NCBI RefSeq assembly: GCF_009914755.1
Contig: NC_060927.1
Length of the DNA stretch: 64,000 nt
Source of the DNA: the human T2T-CHM13v2.0 reference genome, Homo sapiens
Reading direction: 5' to 3' (one strand)
Shown: piece after piece, positions 53,526 through 64,000 of the stretch
Layout of the letters: every line of letters starts with the position of its first letter
How positions within the stretch are numbered: position 1 is the first letter of the stretch
Notes under the pieces: model-generated
Seen by the model: the letters and a program-made list of their open reading frames with translations, nothing else
What the model was told of the DNA's origin: nothing
Databases searched by the model: none
Program-made: the position numbers and the translations under genes

Positions 53526-55100
53526 CAGAATTGAGTCCAGCAAAACCTGCACTGTGGGCTTTAAGAACACTAGGCAGTAGGGTCTCTGGAGGGATGACTC
53601 CCTCACATGACCTTTTCTAGGGGGTCTAGGATTTTATAAAATAACTCTATATCCCTTCCCCACGAAGGTTCTGAAAAGGTGGAAAAACACTGAGTGGCAT
53701 ATCTGTCTCCCTCTACTGGGCTGTAAGCTTCTCGGGGACTGCTCCTTATTTCAAGGGCCTGGCATATAATAGATGTTTATTTAACAGGTATTGAGAAAGC
53801 AGATACATACATGAACACTCAATGGCCTTTCATTAATTCAGCAAATACTTATAGAGTGCCTGCTATTTGCAAACACTGGCCTAGACTCTGGAGCTGCAGC
53901 AGTGAGGATAATGGGTGAAATGTTTGCCTTTATGGAGCTTACATTCTGCTGAGTCCAGGAAGAGTGAATATATTTCTCCTTTCATATTTCATTCAAAGCA
54001 AAACTAAACCTTAAATGATTTCATCCTTCATTCTTTTTAATCAACACAAAGCTGACTGATGCACATCCCTCCAGTCCCCTTCGTTTCTCATCACAAAACA
54101 CACCATGCCTGGGAGTCAAGGGTCCCGGGTGGGAAATGCCACATATTCTGCCCACCTCCCACATGGCCTCTATAGAGACTTCATTTGTGTTCCAAGATCA
54201 GGGGACTTGCCACTCCAAAGCAGCCCCTTCAGATGTGGTCAGTTTGTCAGCACATATCAAATGCAGCAGAGACCTCTGCATTAGGGCAGCTTAGCACAAA
54301 AGGGTCTGGTTCCCTCCTCTTCCTATGTATGTGGTTTTCAGGCAGCTCTGAAGGGGTGGTGAGGAATGCAGGTCACAGAATGCCCCAGACACGAAGACAG
54401 TTTATAAGAATCTGCCCATGCCATAAGTACTAGACAAAAGTTGAGTTTATTTTCCTTGAATATTACACTTTATGTATCCATGCATTCCCCCAGGATATCC
54501 AATGCACAGACTGCCTTGAAGCTACTTGGGATGTATGTAAACCATACATTCATGCTCCTACTATTTATTGGGACCAGCCTGCTCTATTTCTACGATCTTG
54601 GCCAAATTCTACCTATTGAATATTGTCAGTCCCGGCTGTAACATAATCCTAGCTGAGATTCACATGAAAGATGTAATCTTGACAAGCCATTTAGAATCTC
54701 TTCTAAAAAAACGTAAAAGCCAGCATTCTTCCAGAGGAATGAATCAGTCTGATAAAAATGTCTACGGGGGAAGCCTAATCAGTTCATACGAGAACCTGTC
54801 AGTAGAACCTCTACTTAGACTGTAAGATTAAACCATCTTCATAGTCATTAGAAGGAAGTGTGGTCCATTCGGCTAAGATGGTCTTCTCCTATTTCCAATT
54901 AGAAACTCTGGTTTGCATTTATCACATGGAGATGCTGGCAAAAGCTGTGTCTAGAATGAGCATTAAAAGGATAACGCAATCTCACTTTTGCTCACTAATA
55001 GTGGTTCATTTTTAACCTGTTAAAGCAGGAGGGCAACTCTTCCCTTTCCCATAGCACTTCAGAGTTCTCAAAGGGAAAACCTGTCTCACTTTATTATTTC

Positions 55101-55392
55101 TTTTTTTTTTTTTGACGAGTCTCACTCTCTAGCCAGGCTGGAGTATGGTGGCACGATCTCGGCTTACTGCAACCTCCGCCTACTGGGTTCAAGCAATTAT
55201 CCTGCTTCAGCCTCTTGAGTAGCTGGGACTACAGGTGCATGCCACCACACCCAGCTAATTTTTTATTTTTAGTAGAGACGGGGTTTCACCTTGTTGGCCA
55301 GGATGGTCTTGATCTCGTGACCTTGTGATCTGCCTGCCTGCCTCAGCCTACCAAAGTGCTGGGATTACAGGCGTGAGCCACCGTGCCCGGCC
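55101..55392 (-). mobile_element. AluSc-like
   Basis: ggccaggatggtcttgatctc; TSD TATTATTTC(T)n. Confidence 0.94.
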
Positions 55393-55546
55393 TATTATTT
55401 CTTTTTTCTACAAATCCTTTTTTTGACCTCTTATCCAGACAGTCATCTGCTGATTATTTTAAAGGTATGCGAATATTTAGACAAATCCTCCAAGATCTCT
55501 GTCAGGTTGGAACAGGAAATGCTTCCTGTCATTTTAATGTTTATAA

Positions 55547-55913
<367 letters not shown>

Positions 55914-56055
55914 TGATATCATTTAAAGCAACTAGAGTTCAAGTTCAGAAACACGCATAATGAAGAATCATCTCAACCCAGCAGAGGCTCTCCCAAATAA
56001 GTGGCAACTTCACTCATCCATCACTTTAAATAGCAATCGTTCCCATCAGAGATTT

Positions 56056-56390
56056 TTTAATTTTTATTTTTATTTTATTTTATTTTATTTTATTTTATTT
56101 TGTTTTATTTTTTGAGATGGAGTCTCTCTGTCTCCTAGGCTGGAGTACAGTGGTGTGATCGGCTCACTGCAACCTCCGCCTCTGGGTTCAAGCTATTCTC
56201 CTGCCTCAGCCTCCCAAGTAGCTGGGATTACAGGACTGTGCCACCATGCCCGGCTAATTTTTATATCTTTAGTAGAGGCGGGGTTTCACCATACTGGCAA
56301 GGCTGGTCTTGAACTCCTGACCTCAGGTGATCCGCCCACCTCGGCCTCCCAAAGTGCTGGGATTACAGGCATGAGCCACTGCACCCAGCC
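56056..56390 (-). mobile_element. AluSx-like with (TTTTA)n tail
   Basis: Full dimer; TSD CCATCAGAGATTT. Confidence 0.95.
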
Positions 56391-56509
56391 TCCATCAGAG
56401 ATTTATAAAAATGTATTTTCAACATTTTAATCTTTCTTCCTTTCTCACAGTAATCCATATTCACAGGGCAGAATAAGGACAAACATGGAACACACTGTCA
56501 AAGAGTAAG

Positions 56510-56720
56510 GCTGACAGTGCAGAGTCTGGAGACTAACAAGCCTGGTTCCAGTCCTTGTTCTGCTCCTTGCTGTTGTAACCTTGGGGAAATCATTCACCTT
56601 CCCTCAGCCTCCATTTCCCCACCTGCAAAATGGGGTAATAACATCATCGCCTCACACAGCTGTTATAAGATTGAGCACAGCACCTGGGACACTTTGTGGG
56701 CTTGGCACAGTGCATAGAGC
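56510..56720 (+). mobile_element. MIR
   Basis: cctggttccagtccttgttctgc...taaccttggggaaatcattcacctt...ctgcaaaatggggtaataa. Confidence 0.75.
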
Positions 56721-56812
56721 ACCTTAGATGATCAATAATTACATGTGTTCAATGAACAAATGAGTGCATCGATGACTGAATCTCTTCCTACCCAAACTAT
56801 AATACACTAAAT

Positions 56813-57030
56813 CAGGGGTCAGCAAACTTTTCCTGTAAGGAGCCAGCAAGTAAATATCTTAAGCTTTGCAGGCAATATGGTTTCTGTCGCAACTATTTAC
56901 CTGTGTTGTGACATGAAACCAGCCACAGAAAATAAACGAAGAGGTGTGGCTGTGCTCCAACAAAACTTTATTTACAAAAACAGGCAGGGCACTGAATCTG
57001 GCCCGCAGCCCTACGGTTTGCAGACCTCTG
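56813..57030. mobile_element. MER58A (hAT-Charlie)
   Basis: caggggtcagcaaacttttcctgtaaggagccag...aaaactttatttacaaaaacaggc...gtttgcagacctctg. Confidence 0.92.
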
Positions 57031-58049
57031 TTCTAAAGGCCTACCTTGCTAATGACAAACCAGACCTGATTTGCAAAATAAGTGCTCAGTCATGACTTAT
57101 AAGCCTAGTGTTAGACCAAATCACTCCAAGGGAAGCTAGGAGGCCATGAGAAGTCAGTCCCTCCTAGCTTCTCTCCAATCATTCACTGTGCCCTGTCACA
57201 CACTTCCCGACCATTGCCAGGACCTGTTGTGGTCTCACAGGTGTGCCCGTTCACTCCTGTCTTCCTGTCCCTCTCCTGGGGACTGGCCCATCCAGTATAA
57301 CAGCCTGTTGCACCCAGTTCCTCCTGGGATCAGGCCTGTGGCTGAGGCCCTGACAGGACAAAGGTCCTCCTGGAATGCTCCCCTTCTTTTCTTTCTCAAA
57401 CCAATGATAGCCCTCCTTTGTCCAAATCCTCAGAGTTGGGGATAGAAACTTTCTCATCTATGTCTAGGCAGAAAAATAGAAATGTAATTCCTTCTCATTC
57501 TCCCTTTCACCTGGAGAGTACAGAAACACACTGTGGAATATGGAAAGGCATGAACCAGAGCTGCTCAAAGGGTGGGTGGGAGTGCGCTTAGGTAGCATCT
57601 CTACCTGCTGAGGACTCATCAGGTTCCAAGCACTGCCAGGGACCAGGCCCATGTGCAGAGGGAGAAGTGGAGTTCAGAAGGCATGAGGGGCTTGTGTGAA
57701 GGCACAGACTGGGAGCAGAGACTGGCATCCAGGCTGGGCTGACCGGGGTCTCCTCAACTCTAAAACCCAAGTCACTGCAAACTCTAAAATCCAAGTCTCT
57801 GCCCCTGGGTGCAAATGGCAGCTTGAATGCATTGAGTACTCACTGGAGCCAGCTTTCAAATGCAGTACAATTTGCAAGCATTTTACTTATTGATATGTTT
57901 AGTTTTTTTTGTTAACTCCCTACTAGACAATCAAGTCAAAAGAACTTGCTCTCTCTATCGAGCATCGTCACTGGCACACTGTAGGTGTTTATTACATATT
58001 TGTAGAATTTGTTAATAAAGAAAAATAATGTGAATACTAGATAGTAGTA

Positions 58050-58235
58050 GCTATCTACATGGGCTAAGAATTTGACATGCATTTTCTCACTGACCCCTCT
58101 GACTCAAGTTAGCTACTGTTATTTTTCCCATTTTATTGATGATAAAACTAAGGATCTGAAAGGTTAACACTTTTAGCCCAAGGTCAGAAAGCTAACAAAT
58201 GGCAAAAGCAATAATTGAACCCAATTCTGTTAGGC
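58050..58235 (-). mobile_element. MIR
   Basis: cccattttattgatgataaaactaaggatctgaaaggttaa...gcccaaggtcagaaagcta. Confidence 0.7.
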
Positions 58236-61139
58236 TCTTAACCCAGATTCCTCTTACTCCATTCATTTCTCCCCACACAATGATTTCCCTTGTCCCAAAC
58301 CAGACAGTGAGCCCGCTGGCCCAGGGCCCCATTCCTCCCACAACAAAAAGTCATCTTTTCTCTTTCCCCCTGACCATGTTCATTCCTAGTGTCTGGAAAC
58401 TGCCCTCACCTATAAAATCAGGATAATTTTCCATTGTCAACACACATCCCAACCTCCTCCATGGGGTTTTTGTGAGAATTAACCCCATTTGCAGCCATTA
58501 ATTAAGCTGTTAAAAGCACAAGTAGCTTTTTCTCCATTTTTACATGGCTTCTCAAATGGTTAATGTCGAGTTCTTTCTTGGTGCAAGCACAAGGAGCTCA
58601 TAACTTTTCAATGGATTATGAAAGTTATTCCCCGAGGGGCTCGGCAAAGCAGTCATCGTTGTGCATAGCTTTGGCATTACGTCAGTGAATTTAGTCCTTC
58701 CTGAGCTAATGGTGGTTCTTAATAATATTATTGGAATTATTATTACCTTCAATTAAAATGTTGGCCATGAATGACTTACTACTTCAGAGAGATTCCCCAA
58801 AGAGTCACGTTAGAGTCTGTAGTCTTTCTGCTAAAGGGCACCATAAGAACAGGAACCAGAGTCCTTGCCCATCCCCCAAGTAAATACATTAATTAATAAA
58901 TACACAGCATTCAAATACTTTTATGTTGTTGGCTGGTTACCAGGTTTTAAATTGACTTCCTTAAGGGTGGATAGGGCTGGCTAATCACTACCACTTTGTT
59001 CTAAAAACTAAAAGGAAATCAGGAAAACTTTACGCATTGTTCTTTATTTCTACTCACCAAACTACATTAGAATAGTATTATTGGTACAGCTACAACCTTC
59101 ACAGAATGACCTCCATCTTATCTTAGTGGAGATGGTGGACAGCACAGGGTTTGGTTTCAAAGACAATAAGATGAATGGTACCTGGTAAAAGCACTACCTA
59201 TGACATCTCCCTTGACAATACCTGAGCGTTGAGAACACCCTATAGAAATGGCTTCAAAACCAGGCAAATTGCTCATTGGATTCAGGGTCGGTGAGCTATC
59301 TAACTCTGCATATGTGCATAGAGGTGGAGGAAGTTCTCAAACAAAGAGTTGAAAGAAGTGTGTAGGCTGGGTCAAAGAGGACTTTGGCTGTGTCCAGAAT
59401 CTGATACTCAGACAGTATGAAAATGTGTCACCACTTCTAGGGAGACCAGGTAGGAGAAGAGCACTACCTTCATCCACAGGGAAAGTAGTGCTAGCATGTC
59501 CCAACCCCAAATGGACAGAGAGAGAACTATCTCAAGGGTGTGGTGATGCGTCTTGGAAATCCAGGTGCTGAACTGCAGGGGAGGAATATCTGAGGCCAGC
59601 GAAGACAATGTATTCACAATCAGGAGACTGGGGACCAGGACATGAGCCACAGAGAAGCCTGGGGAGCCTACAGGAGGGAGAGAAAGTATAGGCTGGAGAC
59701 AAAGAGGAAGAAGAGTCTGGGACACACTGTCTGGCACAAAATAGACACAGAAATAGTTGTTGAATCAATGAACAAACAAGTGAATAACTGGGGGAGATCT
59801 AACATCCTAGCTTGGCCTGAAAGCTCTGTTGCTTAAATCTACGTCAGTCAGGAAAGATTTCCTGTGTAAATACCTTGGCTGATTTCGATCCTTATATTTA
59901 GAAAACCTGTCTCTTGCTTTTAACCCAACCAAACCTAATTCAATCTACTTGCCTGAATGTGTGATACTTTGGTTTTTGTGGGGTATGTGTGCGTGTGGGC
60001 ACACGCACATGTGCATGCACACATGTTTAATTTTCATTTCTAATAAAATTAACTTAAACCCCTGTGTTGCCGATGAGTTTATCAAGGGCAGGAAGCAGAT
60101 GTTTTCACACTTGGACCAAGGCTGAGGGAGAAGAGGTGGTGCGACACTCAAAGTCTCACCGTTGCCTCTAATAAGAAGGAGGCAGATCCACACAGGGCAG
60201 GAGCCCCAGGGAAAGCTATGTCAATGTCGGAGGGAGCAGCTTAACGAGCGCTGCCTGGGGAAGCTTGCTCTGCATGATATTGAAAGATGCCACAATTCAC
60301 ACGTCCTGTGGCTGCACTTCACCTCCCCCGCAGAGAAGTCTGTGGCTGTGTTAGTGCAGCCACACCCTTGCCTTGATTTTCTGTCATCCTCTTTGGTAAC
60401 TAACTTGGACTTCCTGCTTCCTTGATAGCCCATTCTTGGTCCATCTGTCTTTGTCAAGGAATGAGATTCCAGGTTTTTCTACAAGGCTCACATTCCAAGA
60501 ATGGCCTTGTAGCCTGATTCTGCCCAAGTTTTTGCCTGTTCTTGACATATATTATTGCCTTCTCTGCCACACCTTTCTAACGATCCTACCTTATGCACAG
60601 CCCTGGAAAGAGAAACCCCACAGACAGCTTGATCTGCCCTAACTTGTACAGAGTTGACTGTACCAAGTTAGGACTCCTGCTTCAGGCAAATACATCTATA
60701 AGGCTGGCCAGTGCCATGTAGCAGGTGACCTGGTTCTGAGATGGATTAATGAGCTTCCTCCCCTAGAGATTGAGAAAGAGGGATTCCAAGAGACTGAACC
60801 AGTCCATGATAAGGTTGTGGGAACACGGAGGCTGTGGTAAGGGCATGAGGAAGGTAAAGAACATTGAATGAGAGGGGACAGAAGACCATATGAGAAAGTA
60901 GAAGACAAACATCCTGATTTTCCACTCCCCAGATGGAGTCCTGTGTAGCTCAGCTACCCCTCTAGCCCTTCAACTCCACAACAGTCCCTGCAGGTCTTCA
61001 ACAAGCCCTGTAGGAGACGTTCTTTTTGCCTGTTCATTACTCAGTACAATTTATTTTTGTAACAGTACTTTGATTTTTCTTTTGGGGACTCACACTTCTC
61101 TCATTCTCAGACTGTGGGGAGCGAACACGACATAGGACT

Positions 61140-61856
<717 letters not shown>

Positions 61857-62367
61857 ATGTATCCTTTTAGGATCCAGATAGCCTGTATAGGTTCCTATTT
61901 CTTGCAGCACAGGAACCTTCCCTACTGATGCCTCTCTCCTTTTCCTTCTACTGTTTTGGTTATCATGAATAAGGTGTTAAAAGAAGAGCAGAAATTTCAA
62001 CTTTAGGTGCCTTAGTGCCTTTGTAAACTGCATACTCAACCATCTAGCCATCTTTTCCATCCATCTTACTAGCCCATTACGTTTCTCAGTTTGATCCAAG
62101 TAGTCTTAAATGTCTTCAGAGGGCACAAGGAAGATTACAAAGACTATTTTAAGGTGAAGAGTAGCCCATTACTTCCACTCAAATTCTATTGGCCAGAAAT
62201 CATTTGCATGGTGGAGACATGCAATGTTCCCTTACTCCCAGGAAGGAGGAACCCTAGTGAGTAGACACTGTGTGCTGCACTAACATAGTACTGGCCCAAG
62301 ATAGGCACTCAATATTTGCTGAATGAATAAACAATGAGGAATGTATAGAGTTGGGGATTGTAAGTAA

Positions 62368-62844
<477 letters not shown>

Positions 62845-63741
62845 AGATCGCAGCTTTAATTGACCAATTTTGTTTTCTACACTGATTTGCTCTCTCCACA
62901 TAATGATACTGTGCCATTCCTATGTCATCCCAAAGTGTGCCAAATATCTCATCAGGTGGGGTGAAGGGAGAGGAATGGAGGAGTTTGCTTGTTAAATTCA
63001 CATTGTATATGGATTTAGAAGTGTTTTACTCTCAAGACTAAGCAGTTCAGAAATAGATGAGGGGCAATATTTTCCTTTACTGGAAAAAAAATATTTTTAC
63101 ACTGAAAGTCACATATATACAAGTGTATGTATGCATCTATCTGCCTAAAGAGGAAATCATTATGAAATCTTGTTACCACTTTATTTACCTGGTTTTATAT
63201 TTTCATGGGCAAATATAGCATGGAAATTTACTAAATTTACTCTTGAGTATTTTAGAGGCAGTGGCTACCCAGTCTGGAGAAACTTTTCTGCAGGACCCAG
63301 CTGTGGATGGGGCTCTGGGAGCCAGTCTTCCTGACACTGCTTGGTAGGATCAAAGTGTTTTGTTTAAAGGAATATTTTCAGAGAATTATAATGTAAATTT
63401 AAAAATGGGATTGGCAATCATCATAGATTTAGAATGCAACTTAAAATTTTTTTTAAAAATCTAGGCTCACCTTTCCTTGAATACTTCTTTGATACTGATA
63501 TTTCCTTGATTGTGGGGAAGATTTTTCAAAATCTTATTCTGCCTTGAGGTAATCATTATGAGCATCAATCATCATCATGTGGATATAGAGCACTGGCAAG
63601 GCCAATGTTAGATAAAAGAGAGTTTCTAATGCCTCCTCTAGGGTGTGGTTCTGTTTTCAAGGGACTTGCCATTACATCCTTGAACTGAATTTTACTGGAC
63701 TTGAAAAAAATTTGCATGCAAATTCCTTATTAGGGTTACAA

Positions 63742-63905
63742 TCTTGGGCAAGCCACTCAATCTGTCTGTACGTCACTTTCCTCGTCTGTAAGATGGAGAT
63801 AATGATAATTCCTACCTCATAGGGTTATCATGAAGATTAAATGAGTTAATGCACATAAAACATTCAATAGAGTTTCTGGCACAGAGAAAACTTTAGCTAT
63901 TATTA
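63742..63905 (+). mobile_element. MIR
   Basis: cttgggcaagccactcaa...tttcctcgtctgtaagatggagataatgataattcctacctcatagggttatcatgaagattaaatgagttaatg. Confidence 0.88.
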
Positions 63906-64000
63906 TTTTCTCATTATTTTTAAACATATGTATTACTGAACAAGCATACCTTTGGAGAAATTTATGGTTTCCATTTGTAGTAAAATCAGATGTAAGTTGG

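Noticed and set aside
59988-60021. Inverted repeats TGTGCGTGTG/CACACGCACA and TGTGCATGCACA
   Set aside because: Expected from juxtaposed TG/CA low-complexity sequence

Overview
Primate (human-like) non-coding genomic DNA, about 42% GC by eye. It holds 21 Alu-family elements (FLAM/FRAM-like, AluJ, AluS, AluY), many old MIR, L2 and L1M fragments, hAT and Tc1/mariner MITEs (MADE1, MER5A, MER20, MER3, MER58A, MER91-like), one intact solo ERV1 LTR (LTR10 family) and MaLR/ERVL LTR remnants. I recognise no protein-coding exon, structural RNA gene, CRISPR array or prokaryotic system, and I cannot name the locus. Most ORFs in the track are Alu or microsatellite read-throughs or chance ORFs. The most gene-like part is a repeat-free, CpG-retaining block at ~4.8-6.5 kb: a candidate minus-strand exon whose ORF stays open into a strong donor, a dense TF-motif cluster, a 209-aa ORF with a strong Kozak context, and possible divergent plus-strand splicing. 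Nearby is a compound GGAA/GGGA microsatellite. Other notable structure: two old local direct duplications (18.1/19.3 kb and 22.3/24.3 kb), a template-switch fold-back inside an AluY, three abutting hairpins at ~58.6 kb and several enhancer-like unique blocks. Repeat subfamilies are called from remembered consensus sequences, and boundaries of old repeats are approximate.
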